Translations under genes and position numbers: made by a program
The notes under the pieces: model-generated
Databases searched by the model: none
What the model was told of the DNA's origin: nothing
Seen by the model: only the letters and a program-made list of their open reading frames with translations
Origin: Escherichia phage PhiV-1
Length of the DNA stretch: 39,461 nucleotides
Strand: one strand, 5' to 3'
Sequence record: MT542512
In this document: positions 18,100-27,081 of the stretch, piece after piece
How the letters are laid out: every line of letters begins with the position of its first letter
Position numbering within the stretch: the stretch's first letter is position 1

Positions 18100-18345
18100 A
18101 TGTTAACCCCTATCAAGAAATACATGGAGAACCCACAAGATATTCCTAGCGTTCCACGTAGTGTTATGGAGTATTTACAGGTTCAATATAATGCTGGATA
18201 TGCCTTGCAGTCTGGTTTAGTTAACCGATTGAAACAGGCTGGTTGGTCTGAAAGCTACATTGCTGGGTTCCTCGCGGGTCTCAACTATGCGTCTCAAACC
18301 TTAGACGACATGGAGGCAATCCGTAAGGAACAGGCTGAGTCCTAA
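18100..18345 (+). CDS. 6.5: gp6.5-like protein
   Basis: 81 aa; preceded by ctaactttaaggaga leader. Confidence 0.7.
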   Translation: MLTPIKKYMENPQDIPSVPRSVMEYLQVQYNAGYALQSGLVNRLKQAGWSESYIAGFLAGLNYASQTLDDMEAIRKEQAES

Positions 18346-18360
18346 TCGTATGGAGGTCTT

Positions 18361-18633
18361 ATGTGCTTTTCACCAAAGATTAAGACACCTAAAGTAAAGA
18401 CCGATACTGTCCGAGCTATTGACCCAGCGCCACTGACTGAGGAACCGAAAGGTATTCTCTTTGGAGGCGATGAGGACACAGATAGCGGAACCTCTTCTGA
18501 GGTGCCAACGGGTGGCAAGAAGTCCCTTAAGGTGAAACTGGATGACTCCGTTGAGAAGTCCAAGAAGGCTGATGATGCAGCCAAGAAGAAGTCTAAATCT
18601 GGTATCCGTACCAGTATCTTTAAGAAGAAATAA
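18361..18633 (+). CDS. 6.7: gp6.7 virion protein
   Basis: 90 aa; MCFSPKIKTPK... matches T7 gp6.7 as recalled. Confidence 0.8.
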   Translation: MCFSPKIKTPKVKTDTVRAIDPAPLTEEPKGILFGGDEDTDSGTSSEVPTGGKKSLKVKLDDSVEKSKKADDAAKKKSKSGIRTSIFKKK

Positions 18634-18647
18634 TTAGGAGGTCTATC

Positions 18648-18962
18648 ATGGGTTGGGGTAAAAAGATTCGAAAATCAGTTAAGAAGGCTGTCAAGAAAGT
18701 AACCAAGCCTATCGAGAAGGTAGTCAAGGAAACTGGCAAGGCAGTTGAGAAGGTTGGTAAGGAAGCTGGGAAAGTAGTTGGTGGTGTTGCTGGTACTGTT
18801 CAAGCTGCACCTCCTGCTGCACAGATTATTGAGCCACCGAGTAAAGACGATGTAGACTCCGATGATGATGCACAGACTGAATCCGGTAAGAAGAAAGCCC
18901 GTGCTGGCGGTAAGAAATCTCTGAGTGTCGCTCGCAGTTCTGGCGGTGGTCTGAATATCTAA
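18648..18962 (+). CDS. 7.3: gp7.3 tail-associated/host-range protein
   Basis: 104 aa; AQTESGKKKARAGGKKSLSVARSSGGG.NI C-terminus as in T7 gp7.3. Confidence 0.85.
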   Translation: MGWGKKIRKSVKKAVKKVTKPIEKVVKETGKAVEKVGKEAGKVVGGVAGTVQAAPPAAQIIEPPSKDDVDSDDDAQTESGKKKARAGGKKSLSVARSSGGGLNI

Positions 18963-18975
18963 TTAAGGAGGCACT

Positions 18976-20583
18976 ATGGCAAGCTCACAGAAACGTGAAG
19001 GCTTCGCGGAGAATGGTGCCAAGGCGGTGTATGACGCATTGAAGAACGACCGGAACTCCTACGAGACCCGTGCGGAAAACTGTGCGAAGTACACCATCCC
19101 TTCGTTGTTCCCTAAAGACTCCGACAACGCCTCTACTGACTACACCACTCCGTGGCAAGCAGTTGGCGCTCGTGGCTTGAACAACTTGGCCTCTAAGCTC
19201 ATGCTCGCTCTGTTCCCTATGCAGACTTGGATGAAGCTGACCATCTCTGAGTTCGAAGCGAAACAATTGGTTGCACAGCCAGCCGAACTAGCGAAGGTCG
19301 AAGAAGGTCTCTCAATGGTCGAGCGAATCTTGATGAACTACATCGAGTCCAACTCGTACCGTGTGACACTCTTTGAGACCCTCAAGCAGTTGGTCGTTGC
19401 AGGTAACGCTCTGCTCTACATTCCTGAACCTGAAGGTGCTTACAATCCCATGAAGCTATACCGCCTGTCTTCTTATGTTGTCCAACGAGACGCATTCGGC
19501 ACGGTGCTACAGATTGTAACCTTAGATAAGACTGCCTATGCAGCACTTCCAGAAGACGTGCGAAACGCTATGGACTCCGGTCAGGAACATAAAGGCGACG
19601 AAATGATTGATGTGTACACTCACATTTATCTTGACGAAGAATCAGGAGAATACCTCAAGTACGAAGAGATTGATGGTGTTGAAGTCGATGGTACAGATGC
19701 TTCTTATCCGGTGGACGCTTGTCCTTATATCCCGGTTCGCATGGTACGCATTGATGGAGAATCATATGGTCGTTCTTACTGTGAGGAATACTTAGGTGAC
19801 TTACGGTCCCTTGAGAACCTTCAGGAAGCTATCGTTAAGATGTCAATGATTAGTGCAAAAGTTATCGGCTTGGTTAACCCGGCTGGTATCACACAGGTTC
19901 GTCGTTTGACCAAAGCACAGACAGGTGACTTCGTGTCCGGTCGTCCAGAAGACATCTCGTTCCTTCAGCTTGAAAAGGCCGCTGACTTCTCTGTAGCGAA
20001 AGCTGTGAGTGAACAGATTGAGGGCCGACTGTCCTATGCCTTTATGCTGAACTCCGCTGTGCAACGTACTGGTGAGCGTGTGACTGCTGAAGAGATTCGA
20101 TATGTCGCATCTGAACTCGAAGATACCCTTGGTGGTGTCTATTCGATTCTCTCACAGGAACTTCAGTTGCCAATGGTTCGTGTCCTGCTGAAGCAACTTC
20201 AAGCAACCAATCAGATTCCTGAGTTACCGAAAGAGGCCGTTGAGCCTACTATCAGTACCGGGATGGAAGCATTGGGTCGTGGTCAAGACCTCGATAAGCT
20301 GGAACGTTGTATTGCTGCGTGGTCTGCGCTGGCTCCTATGCAGAATGATCCTGACATCAACATTGCGACCATTAAGTTGCGCATTGCGAACGCTATCGGC
20401 ATCGACACTTCTGGTATCCTCAAGACACCTGAAGAGAAACAACAGGAGATGGCTGAGGCTGCTCAAGGCACTGCTCTGGAGAACGCTGCTGCGTCTGCTG
20501 GTGCTGGTGCTGGTGCACTGGCTACTGCAAGTCCTGAGAACATGGAAGCTGCGGCTGCACAGGCTGGTATGGTTCCTAATTAA
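18976..20583 (+). CDS. 8: Portal (head-tail connector) protein
   Basis: 535 aa; strong match to recalled T7 gp8. Confidence 0.97.
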   Translation: MASSQKREGFAENGAKAVYDALKNDRNSYETRAENCAKYTIPSLFPKDSDNASTDYTTPWQAVGARGLNNLASKLMLALFPMQTWMKLTISEFEAKQLVAQPAELAKVEEGLSMVERILMNYIESNSYRVTLFETLKQLVVAGNALLYIPEPEGAYNPMKLYRLSSYVVQRDAFGTVLQIVTLDKTAYAALPEDVRNAMDSGQEHKGDEMIDVYTHIYLDEESGEYLKYEEIDGVEVDGTDASYPVDACPYIPVRMVRIDGESYGRSYCEEYLGDLRSLENLQEAIVKMSMISAKVIGLVNPAGITQVRRLTKAQTGDFVSGRPEDISFLQLEKAADFSVAKAVSEQIEGRLSYAFMLNSAVQRTGERVTAEEIRYVASELEDTLGGVYSILSQELQLPMVRVLLKQLQATNQIPELPKEAVEPTISTGMEALGRGQDLDKLERCIAAWSALAPMQNDPDINIATIKLRIANAIGIDTSGILKTPEEKQQEMAEAAQGTALENAAASAGAGAGALATASPENMEAAAAQAGMVPN

Positions 20584-20603
20584 TACGACTCACTAATGGG
20601 AGA
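20581..20603 (+). promoter_or_regulatory. Phage RNAP promoter (phi9), perfect local consensus
   Basis: TAATACGACTCACTAATGGGAGA; overlaps gene 8 stop; transcript 5' end can fold gggagagacactacgtcctccc. Confidence 0.75.
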
Positions 20604-20659
20604 GACACTACGTCCTCCCTTTGAGTTCAACTTTATGAAATCTAAAGGAGATAACAATT

Positions 20660-21571
20660 ATGGCTGGTGAATCTAACGCTGACGTATACGCATCTTTCGG
20701 TGTGAACTCTGCGGTTGTTGGTGGGTCTACTCATACTGAACACGAACAGGCTATGCTTGAACTCGATGTTTCTGCCCGTGATGGCGATGATGCAATCGAG
20801 CTAGTTAGCAACGATGACCCTTATGGCAATCCAGACCCATTCGGTGAAGAGGATGAGAGTCGTACTGAGATTCGCATCTCCACTGATGGTGAACCTGAAG
20901 TAACCGAAGAAGGTGAAATCGACTATGAAGGAACCGAAGATGAAGGCTCCGAAGAGTTTGAACCAGTTGGTGACGTTCCAGATGAACTGAACGAAGCCTC
21001 AAGTCAACTCGAAGAGCACGAAGCTGGTTTCGAAGAGATGGTCAATCAGGCGGCTGAACGTGGTCTGTCAGAAGAAACCATCGTGCGTATCCAACAGGAA
21101 TACGGAGAGGACGGTCTGTCTGAAGAGTCTTACGAAGAGTTAGCCAAAGCTGGTTACTCCAAGTCGTTTGTTGACTCCTACATCCGTGGTCAGGAAGCAC
21201 TGGTAGAACAGTATGTTCAGTCCGTTATGGAATACGCTGGCGGTGAAGCACAGTTCCAAGCAATCTACAATCATCTCGAAGTGTCCAACCCGGATGCTGC
21301 TGAGTCTCTGATTAGTGCCTTGGAGAACCGTGACCTCGCAACAGTTAAGGCTATCGTCAATCTCGCTGGTGCAAGCCGTGCTAAGACTTTCGGTAAGCCT
21401 GCTGCCCGTAGTATCTCTAAACGTGCCGTACCTGCTGCACCTGTACGCACCAAACAGTCTGGCTTTGAGTCACAGGCTGAGATGATTGCTGCAATGTCCG
21501 ACCCTCGCTATCGCCACGACAGTAAGTTCCGTGCGGAAGTTGAGCGCAAGATGATGTACAGTCAGTTCTAA
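20660..21571 (+). CDS. 9: Capsid assembly (scaffolding) protein
   Basis: 303 aa, acidic; matches recalled T7 gp9. Confidence 0.95.
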   Translation: MAGESNADVYASFGVNSAVVGGSTHTEHEQAMLELDVSARDGDDAIELVSNDDPYGNPDPFGEEDESRTEIRISTDGEPEVTEEGEIDYEGTEDEGSEEFEPVGDVPDELNEASSQLEEHEAGFEEMVNQAAERGLSEETIVRIQQEYGEDGLSEESYEELAKAGYSKSFVDSYIRGQEALVEQYVQSVMEYAGGEAQFQAIYNHLEVSNPDAAESLISALENRDLATVKAIVNLAGASRAKTFGKPAARSISKRAVPAAPVRTKQSGFESQAEMIAAMSDPRYRHDSKFRAEVERKMMYSQF

Positions 21572-21574
21572 AAT

Positions 21575-21597
21575 TAATACGACTCACTATTGGGAGA
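21575..21597 (+). promoter_or_regulatory. Phage RNAP promoter (phi10)
   Basis: TAATACGACTCACTATTGGGAGA; 5' hairpin gggagagacattacgttctccc. Confidence 0.75.
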
Positions 21598-21703
21598 GAC
21601 ATTACGTTCTCCCACTTTGAGTGATACACAATGAGAACCAACTCGTTTCAAGTAGTACCTCACATTTAAACTTTTCATATAAATCAACAGAAGGAGATTC
21701 AAC

Positions 21704-22747
21704 ATGGCTAACATGAATGGTGGACAGCAGATGGGTAAAGACCAAGGTAAAGGCATGAGCGCTGGTGACAAACTGGCTCTGTTCCTGAAGGTCTTCGGTG
21801 GTGAAGTTCTGACTGCATTTACCCGTACCTCCGTAACTATGAACAAACACCTTGTGCGTTCTATTCAGTCCGGTAAGTCCGCGCAGTTCCCTGTGCTGGG
21901 TCGTACCAAAGCTGCTTACCTGCAACCGGGTGAGAACCTCGATGACAAACGTAAAGACATGAAGCACACTGAGAAGGTCATCAACATTGATGGTCTGCTG
22001 ACTGCTGACGTTCTGATTTACGACATCGAAGACGCAATGAACCACTATGACGTGCGCTCCGAGTATACCGCACAGTTGGGTGAATCTCTCGCGATGGCTG
22101 CTGATGGCGCGGTTCTGGCTGAAATGGCTAAACTGTGTAACCTGCCGTCTGCGTCTGATGAGAACATCGCTGGTCTCGGTAAGGCTCATGTACTGGAAGT
22201 TGGCAAGCAGTCTGATCTTCAGGGAGACCAAGTTAAGCTGGGTCAGGCTATTATCGCACAGTTAACTCTGGCTCGTGCCAAGCTGACTAGCAACTATGTT
22301 CCGTCTGCTGACCGTGTGTTCTACACCACTCCAGACAACTACTCTGCTATTCTGGCTGCTCTGATGCCTAACGCTGCAAACTATCAGGCTCTGATTGACC
22401 CGTCTACTGGCTCTATCCGCAACGTTATGGGCTTCGAAGTTATTGAGGTTCCGCATCTGACTGCTGGTGGTGCTGGCGAAGACCGTCCAGAAGAGGGTGT
22501 AAATCCGACTGGTCAGAAACATGCGTTCCCTGAGACTTCCTCTGGTGACACCCGTGTTGCTCTGGACAACGTTGTCGGTCTGTTCAATCACCGCTCTGCC
22601 GTTGGTACTGTTAAGCTGAAAGATATGGCACTGGAACGTGCTCGTCGAGCTAACTTCCAAGCAGACCAGATTATCGCTAAGTACGCTATGGGTCACGGTG
22701 GTCTGCGCCCTGAAGCATGTGGCGCGCTGGTTTTCAACAAGGCTTAA
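21704..22747 (+). CDS. 10A: Major capsid protein 10A
   Basis: 347 aa; MA.M.GGQQMG N-terminus and RANFQADQIIAKYAMGHGGLRPEA as in T7 gp10A. Confidence 0.98.
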   Translation: MANMNGGQQMGKDQGKGMSAGDKLALFLKVFGGEVLTAFTRTSVTMNKHLVRSIQSGKSAQFPVLGRTKAAYLQPGENLDDKRKDMKHTEKVINIDGLLTADVLIYDIEDAMNHYDVRSEYTAQLGESLAMAADGAVLAEMAKLCNLPSASDENIAGLGKAHVLEVGKQSDLQGDQVKLGQAIIAQLTLARAKLTSNYVPSADRVFYTTPDNYSAILAALMPNAANYQALIDPSTGSIRNVMGFEVIEVPHLTAGGAGEDRPEEGVNPTGQKHAFPETSSGDTRVALDNVVGLFNHRSAVGTVKLKDMALERARRANFQADQIIAKYAMGHGGLRPEACGALVFNKA

Positions 22748-22881
22748 CTTCTCGCAAACTCGTGGGGGACATTGAGTCCCTTACTGAAGTTGAGCAAGAG
22801 CTAACGCCACAACAGAAAGCTGCCCGTACCCGTGCGGCAAACAAGGCTCGAAAGGAAGCTGAGTTAGCTGCTACTGAATGA
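21704..22881 (+). CDS. 10B: Minor capsid protein 10B (10A extended by -1 frameshift at 22729-22735)
   Basis: -1 frame after slippery site encodes ..QQGLTSRKLVGDIESLTEVEQELTPQQKAARTRAANKARKEAELAATE, ending just before the terminator hairpin. Confidence 0.5.
22729..22735 (+). other. Putative -1 programmed ribosomal frameshift heptamer G_GUU_UUC
   Basis: Heptamer 15 nt before the 10A stop; the -1 frame stays open for 50 codons to TGA at 22879. Confidence 0.55.
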
Positions 22882-22891
22882 TAACTATATG

Positions 22892-22933
22892 AAACCCCTT
22901 GGGTGCCTTCGCGGGTGCTTGAGGGGTTTTTTT
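22892..22933 (+). terminator. Tphi-like late terminator
   Basis: aaccccttgggtgccttcgcgggtgcttgaggggttttttt; G-U containing hairpin plus U-tract, resembles T7 Tphi. Confidence 0.7.
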
Positions 22934-22940
22934 CGTACCA

Positions 22941-22963
22941 CTAATAGACTCACTAATGGGAGG
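22941..22963 (+). promoter_or_regulatory. Phage RNAP promoter, variant (phi11 position)
   Basis: CTAATAGACTCACTAATGGGAGG. Confidence 0.5.
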
Positions 22964-22971
22964 AAATCACT

Positions 22972-23562
22972 ATGCGTTCCTATGAGACTACCCTAGAGAC
23001 TGGCGAAGAGTTGGCTGCGGTAAATGACATCTTGGCCTCTATCGGTGAACCACCTGTGTCCACTTTGGAAGGTGATGCTAACGCCGATGTTGCCAATGCT
23101 CGTCGAGTTCTCAATAAGATTAACCGACAGATTCAGTCCAAGGGTTGGACGTTCAACATTGAGGAAGACCAACAGTTGCTACCTGATGTGTTCAACGGAT
23201 TGATTCCTTATATGTCCGACTACCTGTCTGTGATGACACCGGGAGGCGCTACTGCCTATGTCAACCGGGGTGGTTACGTGTTTGACCGGACTACTGGAAC
23301 TGACGTGTTTAAAGAACCAATCACTGTGACCATTATCAAGCTGAGAGAGTTCTACGAGATGCCTGAATGTTTCCGCTTCTGGATTGTCACCAAAGCTGCC
23401 CGTCAGTTTAACAACAGGTTCTTTGGTGCTCCCGAGATTGACGCAGTGTTAGCTGAAGAAGAACAAGAAGCAAAGATGCAGTGTCACGAGTATGAACTGG
23501 ACTTTGGTAACTTCAACATGCTTGATGGTGATGCCTTCACTGGCGGTCTGCTATCTCGCTAA
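22972..23562 (+). CDS. 11: Tail tubular protein A
   Basis: 196 aa; [47 protein letters not shown] as in T7 gp11. Confidence 0.95.
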   Translation: MRSYETTLETGEELAAVNDILASIGEPPVSTLEGDANADVANARRVLNKINRQIQSKGWTFNIEEDQQLLPDVFNGLIPYMSDYLSVMTPGGATAYVNRGGYVFDRTTGTDVFKEPITVTIIKLREFYEMPECFRFWIVTKAARQFNNRFFGAPEIDAVLAEEEQEAKMQCHEYELDFGNFNMLDGDAFTGGLLSR

Positions 23563-23587
23563 TGATAACAACTTAAGGAGGTCTCTA

Positions 23588-25966
23588 ATGGCTCTTATTT
23601 CACAATCCGTCAAGAACCTGAAGGGCGGTATCAGTCAACAGCCGGACATCTTAAGGTTCCCCGAACAGGGTTCCGAACAGATTAACGGCTGGTCTTCGGA
23701 GACTGAGGGTCTTCAGAAGCGTCCACCTTTTGTCTTCACTAAGACCATTGGAGACCAGAATGCCCTTGGTGCAAAACCGCTCATCCATTTAATCAACCGT
23801 GATAGCGTAGAACAGTATTACGTTGTGTTCACAGGACAGTCAGTCCGAGTGTTCGACCTCAATGGCAAAGAGTACACAGTGAAAGGTGACTTGAGCTACG
23901 TGAAGGTAGGGAACCCGCGTGATGACCTGCGAATGGTAACGGTTGCTGACTATACGTTTATCGTCAACCGCAACATGGTGGTTCGTGCCGATAAGACACC
24001 ACTCTATACTCTGAAAGAGAACGGAGACTGTTTGATTAACGTTCGTGGTGGACAGTATGGGAGAACGCTTGCATTTACAATAAACAACGTTCGAATTGAG
24101 TACAAGATTGCACAAGGAGATAAGCCTGAACATGTACAAGAGACCGATGCACAGTGGCTCGTTAAGAAACTGGCAGGTCTTGCTCGTGCTCACGGTTCCT
24201 TCAAGGACTGGAGGTTCGACGAAGGGTCTGGCTTCATCCACGTAATCGCTCCGGGTAACAGTCAGATTAACCAGCTGTCCACTGAGGATGGCTATGCTAA
24301 CCAGTTGATGAACGCGGTAATGCACACAAGCCAGTCATTCAGTAAGTTGCCAATCGAGGCTCCTAATGGGTACACTGTGAAGATTGTTGGTGACACCTCT
24401 AAGACTTCCGACATGTTCTATGTCCAGTATGACAACGTGAAGAAAGTCTGGAAGGAAGTCGCCGGATGGGGAGTTGAGAAGGGTCTCAATGGAGGCACTA
24501 TGCCACACGCATTGGTTCGTCAGTCTGATGGTTCCTTCCAGATGCAGGTGCTACCGTGGGCGCAACGAACTTGTGGTGACATGGATACTAACCCGACTCC
24601 ATCCATCGTGGACCAGAAGATTAACGATGTGTTCTTCTTCCGTAACCGCTTAGGGTTCCTCGCTGGTGAGAACATTGTGATGTCTCGTACCTCTAAGTAT
24701 TTCTCACTGTTCCCTGCGTCAGTAGCTAACCTGTCCGACGATGACCCGATTGATGTGGCTGTATCTCACAACCGTATCTCAATCCTGAAGTATGCCGTAC
24801 CGTTCTCTGAAGAGTTGCTGCTATGGTCTGACCAAGCACAGTTCGTCCTGAGCGCTTCCGGTATCCTATCACCGAAGACAGTTGAGTTGAACCTTACGAC
24901 CGAGTTCGATGTGTCCGACCGAGCGAGACCTTTTGGCGTTGGGCGTGGTGTGTACTTTGCGTCACCTCGTGCTTCCTACACGTCACTGAACCGTTACTAT
25001 GCGGTACAGGATGTTAGCTCCGTGAAGTCTGCTGAGGATATGAGTGCTCACGTTCCAAGTTACATTCCGAACGGTGTGTTCTCCATTCGCGGCTCCGGTA
25101 CTGAGAACTTTATCTCCGTGCTCTCTGCGAACGCCCCAAGTAAAATCTTCCTATATAAGTTCCTCTACTTGAATGAAGAGATTGCCCAACAGTCGTGGTC
25201 TCATTGGGAACTTGGTAGTAACGTAACGGTTCTGGCTTGTGACTCTATCGGCTCAACGATGTACCTTGTGTTGCGCAATCAGTCACACACTTGGATGTGC
25301 CGAGCACACTTTACGAAGAACTCCATTGACTTCAACGATGAACCATATCGGCTGTACATCGACAACAAGGTCAAGCATGTGATTCCTAAAGGTGCGTACA
25401 ACGATGACACCTACACGACCACTATCAAGCCTGTGGACATCTACGGTATGAAATATTGGACTGGTAGGTTCTACATCGTGGCCTCTGATGGTATGGTCTC
25501 GTGGTTCGACCCTCCGCGTGGTGGTTGGCCTAATGGTGTCCCTGTGTTGTCAATGAGTGGGAACCGTGAGGATGAGACAATCTACGTCGGCTTGGCTATC
25601 AACTTCCGTTATGTGTTCTCTAAGTTCCTCATCAAGAAGACTGCTGATGATGGCTCGACAGCTACCGAGGACATTGGGCGCTTGCAATTACGCCGAGCGT
25701 GGGTGAACTATGAGGACTCTGGTGCATTCACTGTAGAAGTGGAGAACACCTCTCGACTGTTCAGCTATGACATGGCGGGTGCTCGCTTGGGTTCCAATGC
25801 GTTACGCACTGGTGGACTTAACGTTGGTACTGGTCAGTTCCGATTCCCGGTTGCTGGCAACGCACAGTTGAACGAAGTAAGGATTATCTCTGACCACACT
25901 ACACCACTTAACGTGATTGGCTGTGGATGGGAAGGTAACTACCTACGACGCTCTTCTAGTATCTAA
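23588..25966 (+). CDS. 12: Tail tubular protein B
   Basis: 792 aa from ATG 23588 (RBS aaggagg); MALISQS.KNLKGGISQQPDILR...CGWEGNYLRRSS.I as in T7 gp12; the track ORF start at 23492 is upstream of the RBS. Confidence 0.95.
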   Translation: MALISQSVKNLKGGISQQPDILRFPEQGSEQINGWSSETEGLQKRPPFVFTKTIGDQNALGAKPLIHLINRDSVEQYYVVFTGQSVRVFDLNGKEYTVKGDLSYVKVGNPRDDLRMVTVADYTFIVNRNMVVRADKTPLYTLKENGDCLINVRGGQYGRTLAFTINNVRIEYKIAQGDKPEHVQETDAQWLVKKLAGLARAHGSFKDWRFDEGSGFIHVIAPGNSQINQLSTEDGYANQLMNAVMHTSQSFSKLPIEAPNGYTVKIVGDTSKTSDMFYVQYDNVKKVWKEVAGWGVEKGLNGGTMPHALVRQSDGSFQMQVLPWAQRTCGDMDTNPTPSIVDQKINDVFFFRNRLGFLAGENIVMSRTSKYFSLFPASVANLSDDDPIDVAVSHNRISILKYAVPFSEELLLWSDQAQFVLSASGILSPKTVELNLTTEFDVSDRARPFGVGRGVYFASPRASYTSLNRYYAVQDVSSVKSAEDMSAHVPSYIPNGVFSIRGSGTENFISVLSANAPSKIFLYKFLYLNEEIAQQSWSHWELGSNVTVLACDSIGSTMYLVLRNQSHTWMCRAHFTKNSIDFNDEPYRLYIDNKVKHVIPKGAYNDDTYTTTIKPVDIYGMKYWTGRFYIVASDGMVSWFDPPRGGWPNGVPVLSMSGNREDETIYVGLAINFRYVFSKFLIKKTADDGSTATEDIGRLQLRRAWVNYEDSGAFTVEVENTSRLFSYDMAGARLGSNALRTGGLNVGTGQFRFPVAGNAQLNEVRIISDHTTPLNVIGCGWEGNYLRRSSSI

Positions 25967-25993
25967 ATGAAACACCCCGACTCAATAAGTGAA

Positions 25994-26016
25994 CAATACG
26001 ACTCACTATTGGGAAG
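25994..26016 (+). promoter_or_regulatory. Phage RNAP promoter (phi13)
   Basis: CAATACGACTCACTATTGGGAAG. Confidence 0.7.
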
Positions 26017-26042
26017 GGGTTTATACTTAAAGGAGAAACTCT

Positions 26043-26456
26043 ATGCTAATAATCAGACCTACTAAAGAATCAGACTTTGCTAGGTTCACTCCGTCACCTG
26101 AAGACATCGCTGAGGCAAAAGCCTATGGCATTGAACCTTCATTTCCACCAGCTAACGAGTGCGTCACTATGTCACTTCATGGTATGCCCGTGGCTATCGG
26201 TGGTAATTGTGGCGACCAAGTGTGGTTCGTAACGTCCGCTCGTGTTTGGAAACTAAGTATGAAGACCCGAAGAGAGTTCCGAAAGCTCATTCTGGAGTAT
26301 CGTGATACCATGCTCAAACAGTATCCGATTATCTGGAACTACGTTTGGGTCGGCAACAAGTCCCACATTAGGTTCTTGAAGTCTATTGGTGCGGTGTTCC
26401 ATAATGAGTTTACTGGTGACAGTAATCAATTCCAACTATTCACTATAGGAGGTTAA
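26043..26456 (+). CDS. 13: Internal virion protein A
   Basis: 137 aa at gene 13 position. Confidence 0.75.
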   Translation: MLIIRPTKESDFARFTPSPEDIAEAKAYGIEPSFPPANECVTMSLHGMPVAIGGNCGDQVWFVTSARVWKLSMKTRREFRKLILEYRDTMLKQYPIIWNYVWVGNKSHIRFLKSIGAVFHNEFTGDSNQFQLFTIGG

Positions 26457-26458
26457 CT

Positions 26459-27064
26459 ATGTGCTGGATGGCTGCAATCCCAATCGCCATGCAAGGTGCG
26501 TCTATGGTAATGGGCGGTATGCAGGGTGAACAGGCAAAGGCCGCACAGATTGACCAAGGTCGTCGACAAAGCTGGCAGATGATTAAGGAGATGAACTACA
26601 ACGATGCTAACCTTAAGTTAGAATCTCGTGACCTCATCGACTCAACTGTCCAAGAGATGACCCAAGCGAATATGAACCGTGTGCGAAACATGGGGACTAT
26701 CCGTGCGGCAATTGGTGAAGGGATGCTTGAAGGTAACTCAATGGAACGTGTAGCTCGCGTTACTGAGGGTGACTTCCTTCGAGAGTCTCAAGGTCTCACC
26801 GAGAACTACCAACGTGACTACAGTGTCATCTTAGGTAAGCGTTTAGCTAACCGTGAGAATACCGTAAGTCAAATCAATGAAATCAACAAGTCCGAACCAC
26901 GTCTGAAAGGCAAGCTGGAACAAATCATTGACCCATTAGGCTTAGGCTTAACGAAGCTGGTCGATGTGGCAACTGCTGGTAGCCCTCTGACTAACAAGCT
27001 GGGTAAGAAGGCAGCTGCTAAAGTTAAGGCTTCGGATGCTAAGTCTACCGGACAAGGCAAGTAA
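26459..27064 (+). CDS. 14: Internal virion protein B
   Basis: 201 aa at gene 14 position; RBS aggagg. Confidence 0.85.
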   Translation: MCWMAAIPIAMQGASMVMGGMQGEQAKAAQIDQGRRQSWQMIKEMNYNDANLKLESRDLIDSTVQEMTQANMNRVRNMGTIRAAIGEGMLEGNSMERVARVTEGDFLRESQGLTENYQRDYSVILGKRLANRENTVSQINEINKSEPRLKGKLEQIIDPLGLGLTKLVDVATAGSPLTNKLGKKAAAKVKASDAKSTGQGK

Positions 27065-27081
27065 ACACAGGAGGTAACTGT

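Noticed and set aside
18046-18100. Possible RNase III site after phi6.5 (cctatatgata motif), and similarly after phi13
   Set aside because: Shares the tatgata motif but I could not find a convincing stem
21602-22231. Minus-strand ORFs throughout the window (for example 21602-22231, 28771-29451, 7310-7876, 4575-5159, 36571-37110)
   Set aside because: All lie antisense inside strongly supported + strand genes of a T7-like genome, which is transcribed entirely left to right; no RBS or promoter context
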